Shown here: positions 41,015 to 53,140 of the stretch, piece after piece
Layout: each line of letters begins with the position of its first letter
How positions within the stretch are numbered: position 1 is the first letter of the stretch
NCBI GenBank assembly: GCA_964187785.1
Contig: OZ076409.1
Coordinates: 85,872,001-85,936,000 of the forward strand
Direction: 5' to 3'
DNA from: Amphiscolops sp. MND2022
Lineage: Eukaryota
Length of the DNA: 64,000 bases
Position numbers and translations under genes: made by a program
The notes under the pieces: model-generated
Database searches by the model: none
What the model was told of the DNA's origin: nothing
The model's input: only the letters and a program-made list of their open reading frames with translations

Positions 41015-41554
41015 CCCAGTGTGAAAACTCTTGCAACTCTTGATAAGAATCTTGGATATTACTGGATTTCTTGGTAGGAATCTTGCCAAGATTCTTACCA
41101 AGAAATCCCCGAGTTTTCAAGATCTTGCAAGATCGTGCCAAAGAATTTAAAAGATGAACTGACAAAAGCGAATGAAAACAAACAAAAACCGACGCCAACT
41201 GCAGCTTGATCAGCGTACCTATTATGCCACAGCTTTTCTTGCTACCAACCACGCTATCACTTTCTGAAATTCACTACTTTGTGATGTCCTATATCCAATA
41301 CTTCAAAGAATGATATTGTAGCTAGTAGTGCGAACAACAGCAAAGTACTTGAAAACAAAGTTGCTGTTTGTTTCACAACTTATTCATTATCTTGACACTC
41401 TTTATAAAACTCTTACCAAGAATACTATCAAGAATTTCAAGAGGTTTGTGTGAAGCAAGATTAAACAAGATCTGATCAAGGCTTTCAAGAGTAAACGGAA
41501 ATATGTAAGAAAATGCAAGATCTTGGCAAGCGTTTCAAGAGTTATTACTTTGGG
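41015..41554. mobile_element. MITE-like CCC...GGG element with tcttg/caaga repeats
   Basis: ta|cccagtgtgaaaactcttg ... caagagttattactttggg|ta. Confidence 0.65.
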
Positions 41555-43176
41555 TAACGCTTGATTAAACCTCTGCAAAACTAATTATGTAGTTTTTTCC
41601 CTTGTATTGGCTTTTGTCTAGAACTGCATTTGGAAAATTTTGGTATGCTCAGGGCCTAAACAAATTCACTATTGTTCGCATAACACGTGAGCCGTTCCCT
41701 TTGTGAAACTGTTTACTTTTTCAACATATTCGTAATCGTTGCCTGCATTTTGTATTGGTTCTCAAAATTGTTTGTTTCCGACTTCATCAATCAATCTGTT
41801 TGAAGTATTCATCTACGTGTTCATCGCGAAGTTTTGCAGGGTTCTTATACATCAGTTCGCATTTCAAATGAAGCTGAAAAGCTATCAATATTATCGCCAT
41901 TCTAACGCAAATTAGCTTCAGTCAGTTAATGTCGTAATCTCTTTCGTTTGAAATCCGGTCTATTTCACAGTTTCAAACGTTTTGGGTTAGAATAATGGCA
42001 TTCCTTGCGTGAGGTGGGTGGTTAGAGGCTAATATGCCAGTCTGAGTACCTCCAGTATTCCTGTCAAGTCCCGCAGTCCAATTCTGCAGATATTCCGTTT
42101 TCAAGTGTGTCTATACATTTGCTGTAAACCAGGAATCACCTTTTCCGTGATTGCCGCATAAATTGCTGTCAGGATTTGTGAATGTTGTCCTCTTTTCATT
42201 TTATCTAGTTTCCTCAATAATTATGAACTTAATTCCTCATTAATCATCCTCACAGTTTCTACTTTAATTTCGCCATTTCCCCTACTGCTGCAATTTAGTA
42301 ACGAACTCTGCAAAAGTATTGGTATTTTCTTTCAGTCCAGCTGACGCTGTCTCTATCTCGCTTCTCCCATTATTCCTTCCTTCTAAGGGAGAGTTTCCTG
42401 AGAAGTGGCCTAACATCATATCTAAGTTTTTCACGTCCGAGATCATGTCAGAATGTCTTGAACGTTCCTCCTTAGCTTTCTGCTTTCTAGTCGAAGACAT
42501 ATAAGGAAACGTTTAGCAGTCCAAAATTGAATTTTCAACAAACTTAGATAACAAAGCAGTGATGAATGTATCAATTTCAGATACAAGAATCATCCCCGGT
42601 GACCTGGTGTCCTGTATTTATAGTAACCTGGCCATGACGTCCCAATATTTGGTTGTCATGCAACTGAAAATAGAATAACATTACGTCATAATATTTATAA
42701 AACGATTGAACTAATTACGTCATCAACTGTCACCTATATTATTATTAGAGAAATAGCATCGTCATGTGTGAAATGACATGGTTTTATGTATATGCATTTA
42801 CAAGTATCAAACACAATAAAATTGCATGAGCAACATATTATATGGTTTGTATTAAGCCATAATTTACATGTATTCTAATACAGAATGCGTGGACGTTATG
42901 TCCGTTTGACTACAGTGAATGTACAAGCTGGAACATGATTGGTTAATAAATGCACTTTGGACCGCGCGTCAGCTAGACTTTAGCACCGTACTAGTTGAAC
43001 GCGTTTCTGTTGACCAGTGTACTTGCTTGTTGTTTCACTTACATTTGATTAACTAAGCAGCTTTTACCAAAATATAGTACTTGTACAGATTCAATTACTC
43101 ATGTTAAGGTGTAGTAATCAATTGAAATGATCTAAGTAATAACAAAGTTTATTCAGTATATAGTTTGTACTTGGCA

Positions 43177-43999
43177 TTAGTAATTCAATGTAGTCGGGTT
43201 GACCTTCAGTCCATTGTCTTCAAATCGGCAGGGTTCCCGGAGGGAGTATTGTTGCTTCATTATCAGGTCACATGCAGGAGCTTGCGACACTCCCCTGAGG
43301 ATTAGTATGAAGGACACAGCATTCATACCCGCTTGGAAAGCGTGTCGTCTAGCCATACGATTGCAGTAGGTTTCCCAAAGAATATGGGTACTCTCCAAAT
43401 ATCCTAGAGTGACCTCTTCTTTAAAAGTTGGAAAAGACCGACCACACACTATACAATCCCCGGGATGAACTTCGTTGGGTTGAGCACAAACTCCACTGGT
43501 GCTAACGGCCACTCCTGTAATATGAAGGTTTGGTACTCAAGAGCTTAGTTCTTGACCTAACTATTGGGTTTCCACATAATCAAGCGTTGCACCTTGTTCC
43601 TGAATGGGCGTTGATAGTGGCGATTCCAGCAGTGGTTCAATTGGGTGAGTTGGATCGTCTGCTTGTACCGCGTTAACGGGTGGTTTCCCCACTAATCACC
43701 CAATGAGACTGTCTGACGGCTCGGAGTATGTTAACTTGGTCCGAATGGTCAGCGCTTTGTGACGTGTCTTCATTGGAATAGGTGCATAATTCGGTAGTAA
43801 CACCACCTGCTGTCTGCGGCGAGAAAATCGGCATTTCCCTGTAGCAGGTGATGGCTTCAATTTCGCAGTCGCTTTCATTTTGGTCGGTTCTTGAATCTGG
43901 CACAAAAACAAAGTCGACATCCATTTCCTCGTCCGTTGATTCGTAGCTTGCGCTCAATAAAGGATGAGTCAATTCGTCTACGTTAGATTGCAATGACAT
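43177..43999 (-). pseudogene. Decayed homologue of the sense accessory ORF
   Basis: CIVCGRS...RRHAFQAGMNA...GVSQAPACD aligns with CMVCGRS...RKEAYENGLNA...AVSQAAACD. Confidence 0.8.
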
Positions 44000-45012
44000 C
44001 TCTCGTCGGTATTGAGTGAGGAAAACTTTTTTAGCTATTTTGGTTAGCTAATTTGGATTTATAGTTGAGAATAACTGTTTAACTGTTTCCAATGGTTTAA
44101 TTTGAGAAAGTGAGTTGATGAAGTCCAAGTGACCTTAGGTTTACTTGGCGGAAATAGGCGGTAAAAGAAAGCGAGGAACTTCTCCAAGTAGTTCGGAACC
44201 AATTTCCCAAAACTTTTATAGGGTCTACTATTTTCTAATATCTTAAAATTTTGATGCCACTTAACTCTAGTGCGTTAACCGCCACTTGAGGGAAGTATTC
44301 AACGGCGTCAAAGTTGTAAAGTGTCGGTGTAAGTGTTTATTATCGATATGCTTCGTCAACCGATAGCTTCAAAGTCTAATGGTCCGCTCGGCTACAATTG
44401 TCAGCCCAGCCAAATGGGATAGTGTTATAGTAAAAGAGTGAAGAAGTAATTATACTAAAGGAATGACTCTCATGAAGTGAATGGAGATAATTTGATAATG
44501 AGAAATATGTTGAAATGAGAAGATAAATTGAAGATAATTCCAGTGTATTTCGCTGACAGACTCAATGACACAAGGAAAGGGTCTGGAATAGGTAATAATC
44601 AGAGGTAATGTACGGAGTTCACTTTGCTCAACCAGTATTTTAATTTCAAGTAAGCCACGACGTCCTTTTCAGTAGTGAAATACGTTAGCTGGATAGAGCA
44701 AAAGTAGTTTAGTGTAGTCATGCTAACGTTCAGTCCATATGGTAAGAGAGTGGAGTACAAGTCCACAGGTAACGTCAATCTGTCATAATGTCCATTATAT
44801 ACAAGTGGTCGAGTGAAAGTAAATACATGAAGTCACAGAGACACTTCGTCCAAAGAAAGGTCAATTGCTGGTGAAAACTCAAGTATTTTGTGCACTCGTG
44901 CGAGTACGTCTCAGTAATTAGATGTAAATATTAGACTTATTGTATTACTACATACTTTGTTCCAGTCCTTCAATTGTCAATCCAGTTCCTGCTACCAGGA
45001 CTTATTGCTTTT

Positions 45013-46858
45013 TGTCGTAAGCACGAGTATCTGAGGATGTGAATCCGTCCCTCTCACGATTACCTAGTGTCTTACTCTTCAAGTTGTTTCTAGAGTCTGA
45101 ATTACGCAGAACTTCAGAATATCCTTCCGGTCTCTCAGACGGAACGTTCCATCTCTCTCTGGTCATATGTCCGGAATCGGCCATAAGGGCATTTTGAATC
45201 TGGGGAAGAACTTGGTTACTAATTGCCTCACTTATAGCTCTTTGAATCTGCACACTGACGCTGTTCATCATCTCATCCATCTCCCGAGATATACGGGAAT
45301 TCAACTCACTCGACAATCTGTTGATCTCGGCGTTAGAACTTCCTCTAGCTGAGTTCTGGCCTAGTTCGGCATGTGGACTAGGTCCATTGTTCTCAGAGTT
45401 AGACAACCTATTTTCATCCTCATTTCCAAATTCGTCGCTAAAAGGACTACCAGGTCTTCTGGCCTGGTTGCTATTTAGACTCTCACTTCTTTCATTTCTA
45501 TTATAATGATTTCCTCCAAGCATTATGTCTAAATTCTCAATATCTGACAACATTTCTGCCTCTCTTGATTTTCTCGCTTTCTTTTGTTTCCTTGTGGTAG
45601 GCATTGAAACTGAACCGGGTTGAATAATTCAATTATTAAAACCGGAAAACTGACAAACGTCGTTGTAATAAATCAATCTTTATCAAAGCAAGGTTATGGA
45701 AATTGTGTCTCCCTTTGCAGGAAAGTGACTATATATACTCCTGAAAGATGACACTTGCATTCCACGGATTCTTTGATCAAGATAATATCATGTGGTTATG
45801 TCCTCAACAGGTCATGTGACAAATATCATTACGGCATCGGGTATTAATACTTCAAAGCAACTATTTTAGGGTGATGTCCCGATTGGGAAAATTCCTAACA
45901 TTTTACAATCACAACTATTCATTCATCAAAGGCGGCGTCAAAATATTTACTAGCGCATCAAATGAAATTTCCGTCCATCAAAGGAACTAGTACTCATCAT
46001 GAATATAAATAACATTGCATACATTCCTTTCTGGCACGTGCCACCACGTGACCTAAATTAGCTTTGCAGCAGTGTGAAGCACCTCATGTTATTAGGCCCA
46101 ATACGGCCAATTGACATGTTAATGGTTATATGCGTTGATTAACCGATTAGCCCCAAATACATGTACTGCATCACTTTCCAAAGGAACGTAACAATTCCAA
46201 TGGCCGGGAATAGCCGGCTAATTAATGGGCAAGTACTAATGAAATATGGCCTTAAGGGCCTAGCAAAAGGTTGGGTATTAAAATGAAGCATCAGTTAAGA
46301 ACAAAGATCTGGCTATTATGAAAACACAAACTCAACAAACATGACTCGTTACATGTCAAATTATCACCTTATTTCAATCTTGAACTAATGGGACGGAACC
46401 GGCCATTTGACCAGTGTACCAAAAGAGAATATTAAAAGCGCGGCAACTGGCCTTACTCGGCCATTGATTAAATAGCATCAACAAACGAGATTGCATACTG
46501 CGATATGATTGGTTAAGGTAACGTGCTCAAGTGACGCTGCCGGTACATTGCCTTACGTCACTTCAACTCGTTTCCTATACTGCCTTACAGTCGCTCGTTT
46601 CATTGTATTTTCTATTGCTTTAAATTAGCGCCTTACAATTCCATCAACTCGATTGAAATTTCCAATTGTTAGATTTAACAGACTAATTGTATATAAAATG
46701 AGCGTCATCAATGATCATAATACACAAAATAACAAAATGGCGTGAAAGTTTGATATCAATTGTAAGTTCTTAATAAATAGGTAAGGTTCCGGGTACGTAT
46801 TCTTGACCAGCTGCCGAAGTAGTTACTGTCGTACCGTCACAGGCGGCAGCCTGCGACA
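45013..46858 (-). repeat. 3' LTR (contains a truncated gag copy, 45002-45604)
   Basis: Direct repeat of 59475-61320 at offset 14462. Confidence 0.97.
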
Positions 46859-47552
46859 CTGCGGGTGTTATGAAAAGAAAGCATCCTGCATTAAGCCCAT
46901 TCTCGTAGGCTTCTTTCCTCAACTTCGTGATGTGCTCGGGCTCGTTCCTTGGGGTGGATCGTTCCATATACCATCTGACTCTCTCACTCTTGATTGCATC
47001 TACAGAGCGGCCGCAAACCATACACCCAGTATATTGGGTCTCGCTGACGTTTTGGTAGGGCACCGAGTTCTGCACGTGATAAGACACATGAAAATCACTT
47101 ACTGCGGGCTGGGTCAGAGGAGTGTCCTGGCTTGGCCCCCTCTCATGGATTGGTGGAGACATCGGTGATTCTAGCACTGGTAGCAGCGTCTTGCAGAGCT
47201 CAATTCGTGATTTCTCCGCTCTCTTTGACGGGGCATAGCACCTTTCGTGATCAAAGTATTTTGTATCTAACTTGGGAGTCACATCTTTCCCTGGCTGTCT
47301 GGTGCTTGGTCCTGCGACCATTTCCTCCTCCATACTGCTAGTCGTCATGACACGTCCGGCAATTAGAATGGGGCTGGACACTACCTGCTTCTCCACCCTT
47401 CTGATCATTTCGTCCGTGTCCGTCGACCAGTCTGAGTCCAAATCAACTGAGGTTTCCTCATCACTGCTTATGTAAATGACTGAATCGCTTGAAGAGTCTG
47501 AGTCCAGTTCAGCCATCTCGAAGAGCTTTCCAGATTTTGCGTATTTATCCAT
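46770..47552 (-). CDS. Sense accessory protein (260 aa from first ATG): acidic N-terminus with SIM-like VIYISSDEE and a CxxC motif
   Basis: Uninterrupted ORF; homologue at 43177-43999; last 89 nt lie inside the 3' LTR. Confidence 0.8.
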   Translation of the reverse strand: MDKYAKSGKLFEMAELDSDSSSDSVIYISSDEETSVDLDSDWSTDTDEMIRRVEKQVVSSPILIAGRVMTTSSMEEEMVAGPSTRQPGKDVTPKLDTKYFDHERCYAPSKRAEKSRIELCKTLLPVLESPMSPPIHERGPSQDTPLTQPAVSDFHVSYHVQNSVPYQNVSETQYTGCMVCGRSVDAIKSERVRWYMERSTPRNEPEHITKLRKEAYENGLNAGCFLFITPAVSQAAACDGTTVTTSAAGQEYVPGTLPIY

Positions 47553-47954
47553 GATGAATTTTTTAGCTATTTTGAAGTTTATGAAGGCAACTAGTTGCAA
47601 GTGAGATTCAAAGTTGAATGAATTTATAAAACTCTCCTCAGGCCGACTCGGGCCGTTTTCCCGGGGTTTCGTTTCAGCGGCAGAATCTTTGGTTAATCGG
47701 TCTGATCCGTCGTAAACTTTCTTGAATGGAGTTTCTCAGCGGCGGTTCGCCCTTTGAATATCGGAACGCTGCCCCCCGAGCCTACCCTCTCAAGTAGGTA
47801 ATCAGAGAGGTGTTAAGTTAACAACAACAAATAACTCCACTTCAAGAGGGTAATTAACATCAAGCTTGATAGCAATTAACGGCACGCGTCAGATAAAGCC
47901 TACTAAAATGGCTTCAGCCAATCAAATTCGAGCTCCAATAAATTTGAAAATGAA

Positions 47955-48066
47955 TAATAAAGATGGCGAAAAATAATAATTTGAATAACTAAAATGGCGA
48001 AAATGATAAATCAAAATAATTCAAAATGGCGGAAATAACAATTTGAGTAACTAAAATAACGGAAGT
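47955..48066 (+). repeat. Imperfect 31-32-bp tandem repeat with AA(A/G)ATGGCG cores
   Basis: atggcg at 47963, 47994 and 48026; a degenerate fourth unit near 48051. Confidence 0.7.
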
Positions 48067-48678
48067 CTCAATTAGGACAACAAACAAAATGGAACGAGAT
48101 GGTGAACCGAAATAGGGTAAACGGCCGTAACCGGCCAATAATTCCATAAGTTGTAAATAATGAAATAATCTTTGTACATTTCGCTGGCAGACTCCATGTA
48201 CAGGATAAATATGTAAATAATCCCATAATATTAGTCTGGTAATAATCTTCAGCCACGAACTCCAACTCTTCAATTCCTTTACATTAAAGTTCTAAACCAA
48301 TTCCATTTCTGATCATTCACATCTGCTTCTGCTATTTATATTTATCCAACCGTCATTCATCCTCGTGTGTCCACAACTACACAACTGCTTCCTCCAGCTC
48401 TTCTCTTCGGAGTATCCCAGTTTTCCTTTTGTCCCTGTCGTAGTCAATTCAGCTCTACAAAGTCTTCTTCTCAGCACAAACAACTTCCGTTGGAACAACA
48501 ACACTGAGGGAACATGTCTTCGAACACAGGTTGGTCTGATTTTCATATATTGAACTAGTTTAGCTTGATCAGGGCTAGACTTTGTTCATAATAAGCTTCC
48601 TGTTTCCACTAATAAGCGCGTGATAGCACATTTTGTTCAAATTCTCAAGTACTTCCGGAAGATTTCTAAAGCGGTAGA

Positions 48679-51600
48679 ATGGATTCTTTTCGAGGAAGCG
48701 TACCGCTAAACTTTATCTCTTTTCGTTTAGAGAATCAGACAACTGAAATTGCCAGCACATCAGCCAACCCTTCTACAACTGTCCCGATAGTTAGTCTTCC
48801 AACTGAGATGGGATCGCAAATCCCACATCCTGATACGTCCCAAACCACACCCAGCATCCATCCTGACGGAAAGAAGAATGAAAGTCGACCCGATGAAGCC
48901 ACCTCCATACACAGTACAGACAGTGATTTGGACGTGACGATTTATGCTGAGAATATGGTCCGACAGCTAGAGAGTTCTCAGACATCAGACCGAACTCAAC
49001 AAGAAGCCACACAGCTCGGTCCAAGTCAGGGTACGGACCCTGACGTCCAGGAGGATTCGTCCGCCTCAAACGTTGGGGAGAATAGGAGGGCAAGCACCCC
49101 TTTGGTTACAGAAATGGGGGAGACTCCGACAGCTAATTTGTCAGCCCTAGAATCTGCTCTGCGAGTGGTCGAGAGTTCTGGGTCCCAACTGGCTGAACTT
49201 GTGGATGTTACCCAATCCGATGCCAACGTTGAGAGTGACTCCCTGGCACATCAGGACTGCGATGCCGCATCATCCATTGGCGACGCTCCCCCACTCCCTG
49301 GAGGAGAATGCAAAATTCGGTACCTAACTGACCCTAGTGGGGATGAAGGAGCTACTGACCAATCTAGCGTGGTGGTTCCTGTAGCCTTGTATGGTTACAC
49401 TCCCTTCGCGCATGCCTCTGAAACTGAAGGAGGAGATGAGACCGTTTCGGAACTTCTTGTCCCTGGTACTAGTGGACAGGCCCCTGGACAGGCTGAGTCC
49501 CACCGGGAACCACCCCACCTCTCGGGCAGAAGTCGGGCTATTCTCAAAGAATACTTTGACGAGTCCCCCTCTGTACGACTTCCAGTAGGTCATACCACTG
49601 TGTCATTTACTGAGCCACAGGTATACCATCTCCTTAGAGTCCTCACCGACGAGACTCTCAGCCGGTCCTTTTCGACCATGGAACAAATGGTCACAGATGC
49701 AGTCCGTGGAAAACCTACTGTCGCCCCATCGCGAACTGCTCATTTCTTTGCAGGGAGGCGGGCTCAGACACCGGGTCCCAGTAGTATTGGAGACTCTAGT
49801 GGGAGTGACTGAAGGAGAAGTCACGTCAAGGGAGAGGGTTGCCGGATCGTCAAGTTCGGAAGACGCTGGAGATTCCTCATATTATGGAGAAAGCGACAAT
49901 GCTACTGAGCTGGATTTGATAGCGAAGTCCTTCAAGAAACCCGCTGAGACGCATGGTCCGCTAGTTCCGCAGTCGTCTGGCTTGGATTCTCAGGCTGATA
50001 CTCCAGAATACAGCAGTCAAGATGCCACGCTCCTTGAAGTCAGGGACCAAGTCCTAGAACGTACCGCTGCCGGTTCGTCTAAGTCCAAGAAGAAGAGAGG
50101 CAACCGGAATCTCTCCAAACGAGGTGTCCCTATGCGAGAAGAGTTCTTCGCAAAGATCGGGTGGACCAGGTCCTTCATTTCAGGCCCTGCTGACCCACTC
50201 CATAATCCTCATATGGTTTGGTGTCATATCTGCAAGAAGAACTTCTCCATCAAGTCCAAGGGCCCTTACGAGATATTGAGACACCACCGAACGGAGCGCC
50301 ATCTGCGACGCGACCAACGCTGGCGCTATGAACATCTGCGGAGCACAGATCCGGTGACAGGGAAGGTGCAACACAGAGTCAGAGGCGGCAATGGGAAGTT
50401 GTTGTCCAAAGTTGAGCTGGCTAAGGAGCTGCCCAAATTTATCCACGTTGAGCTTGTGGACATAGGAGAACGCTTCCCCTTCTATGAGGACTTCGTCAAA
50501 GGATCGACCACTGCTTTGGTTACCCCGGAATCTCGCACCAAGACTCAGCTCTGCCTGGTTGGAGATTTCATCAAGAGCCAACGAGATCTGACGGTTCTAC
50601 GAAATCTGTGGTCCCGGATGGGGTCATTTACCAATCATCAGGCTACCTTCAACGACTTTGATTGGGGAGAAGAGAGATTGTCGGTAAGCATTTGTTCGTT
50701 TCATCCACTTAGGTTCCATTCCTTCTAAGGTTTCAAAAGGTTTTGTTTCTAGGCGATCTTCCAACACTTCTTCATCTGTTGCCTTGAGGACATAGCAGAG
50801 AATGTCAACACTCAGCAGTGCTTCGCTCTTGAGTTCGAGACCAAAGGAGTCTACAAGCACATGTCCATCAAGTTCTGGAATGGCTCTGAGCTTTGTAGAG
50901 TCTTCATATGCCGCAGCTCACAGATCACTACAGACGTGACAGGAGAACTTGGGTCTTTGTCCCGACTCCTCTCTGCCATATCTACCAAACCTGGGATCGT
51001 GGCCTGTTCTGGATGTCACTCTGAATTACCCAGGGCCATCGACGAGTCAGAGTACTACAAACAGGGGGTCCAAAGCTGTCTGCGCTTCGAACACTTCAGC
51101 TTGCCCAACCTCCTGCACAAGTCGAGTTATAGTGTTTTCGGGAAGATAGACTTCTTCTCCGTCCTTCAAGCCTTGATGGTTTCTCTGGGTGGGTCCCTCA
51201 TGGAAGATTGGGTTCTCCGCAGCCCAGAACTTACCAAAGTAAGTAGTTTCTTTGCATTCCTCTCGTCGGAGTCATAGGCTTATATAGGGCTCTTTCATCT
51301 TATTCGTCTGGAATCCTCATGTGGCTTTATTGTACTTTCCAGGCTGTGACCAGTTGTAAGCTCGAAGTGACAACCTTGCCTGTTCTCTGTCGAGAACTCA
51401 TCGCCGAATGGAAGAACGTGGTGCGGTACCTGACCACACATGCGCCATTGCAAGAAGGTCAAGGATCCCGAGGAAGGGTTAGATCTCATCTTTTCTCCTT
51501 TAAGTCACATGGGAATATAGATCAATTTTCTTCATCTGATCGGTAGGGTCCAATTTTACCACAGGGTTGATGATAGTCTTGTTCCAGGTGCAGAGCTTTG

Positions 51601-52901
51601 AGTGGTCGGTGATATGCGACGAATTCTTCGTCGTCAAACTGGAATTCTTCAGTAGGATCGTCAACGATTGTAAGTATAATCTGTCGCAGGCTTAGTGAGG
51701 GTCTATCATCCTGAATTGGACAACAGTTTTGTTTTCAGTCGTCACCAGTTTCTCAGTCAATTTACAGTATCGACGCGATTCATCCTTCTACTTGTGTGGA
51801 GAAGTAAGCCGATTTCTCAGCCTGCTCTGTTCCCGTATATACACCCCTGACACTGCACCCCTAGCAAACGCTTGGTTTCTCCTCTTGCGCTTTCAGACGA
51901 GTGAGGCCACTTTCCTTTCAGGAGACGAGTACCTTGTCCGGCTCAAGCTAGCGAGTAAGGTTTCAGCCGCATGCAAAGCAAGAGCCGAAGGTCTTCATTT
52001 TGGCAAGAAGTCAGAGCGCGCTGCCATACAAGCTACTGCTGAGACGGTAAAGGCTGATTTCGTCAAGGATAGCCAGCATTACATCCAGTTTGTAATCAAT
52101 GGGATCCATCAAAGAACTGGGCTCAGCACTAATCTGGTGAAGGGGCTTGCTGCCTTTGATCCCTTTATTATGCTGAAGAGGCCAATGGATGTAGCCTTAC
52201 GACATTTCGAGGTGTTGTACAGTAGCTTCGCAGTCCGATCTTGGGTGGACGATTCAAATGAGTCCCAGTGTCGGGATCAATATATCCAGCTATTGGATCA
52301 CCTCCGAACCGCCTACGGGCCTGATTTCGACATCACCAGTACGTCTGCCGATTTGATCGAGTTCCTGATGGGGCTCGAGTTTCTCCATGAACGTTCCCAT
52401 CTCTTATACCTCTTCAAATTGAGCTGTTTGTGTACGACCGTCACCAGTCCCAGCTATCCAGATGTCGTCTTTGGGGGAGTCACTACAGCTGGTGGACAGA
52501 GCCGGTTCACTGACCTTATCCTGCCTTGTCAGAGCTATATGGCTAATGTCATTGGTTCTGTTGTCCGGAGCAGCGAGGACTCCAATCTGGCCAAATTTTC
52601 GACTCTCTCCACATCGTTTGGTCGTTCTGCCTTCTCTTCCGAGTATGATCCTTGGGCCTATGTGGATACTTTCGGTCGGTCGGGAATTTACAAATCCCTC
52701 TTGTCTACTTACCGCAAGGCTGAGTCTGCTCCAAAACGGGTTTCAGTCCAGGAAGATTTGGGAGAGAGCAGTACAGTGTGTGATCAGTCTGCTGTGAAGT
52801 TTCCCAGTAGTAAAAAGCGAAGGAGAGGTAGGAGCGGCTCACGATCGTCTGCTTCCTCTGTTGCTGGGAGCCCCAGTAAAGATTCCTCCACTAAGACCTG
52901 A
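48679..52901 (+). CDS. Antisense multi-exon accessory gene: low-complexity N-terminus, BED-like zinc finger, hAT-transposase-like body
   Basis: GT-AG introns 50684-50752, 51239-51342, 51478-51587 (donor less certain) and 51670-51738 join the ORF pieces in frame. WCHICKKNFSIKSKGPYEILRHHRTERH at about 50219-50305; C-terminal KKRRRGR. One unexplained frame change near 49800; the true start is uncertain. Confidence 0.8.
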
Positions 52902-53140
52902 TTATGTACATATGTATTTATGTACTTATGAACTGTAAACTTTGTTAATTTCTTTGTTGTATTTATTCTTTCGTTTGCCCTTGATTTCAGTTTCCTCATT
53001 GTTTGTATCTTTCACCGCCGTATTTATTTTGAGAGGGGTCCTTCGTTCGTCCCATTATTTTTTCAAAGATACCAGAGGGACTAAAAAAAACAGAAAAAGA
53101 TAATAAGAAAGAACTCCCATTTTCGGGAAGAATTCAATCT

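Noticed and set aside
45002..45604. Independent 200-aa gene
   Set aside because: It is the gag leader duplicated in the 3' LTR and stops a few codons into the flank.
51804..51809. Extra splice donor gtaagc in the last exon of the antisense gene
   Set aside because: The frame is open through it and the peptide looks continuous; an intron is not required.
46859..53140. env gene in the post-pol region
   Set aside because: No signal peptide, furin-site/fusion-peptide or TM anchor arrangement is seen. The large gene is antisense and looks nuclear.
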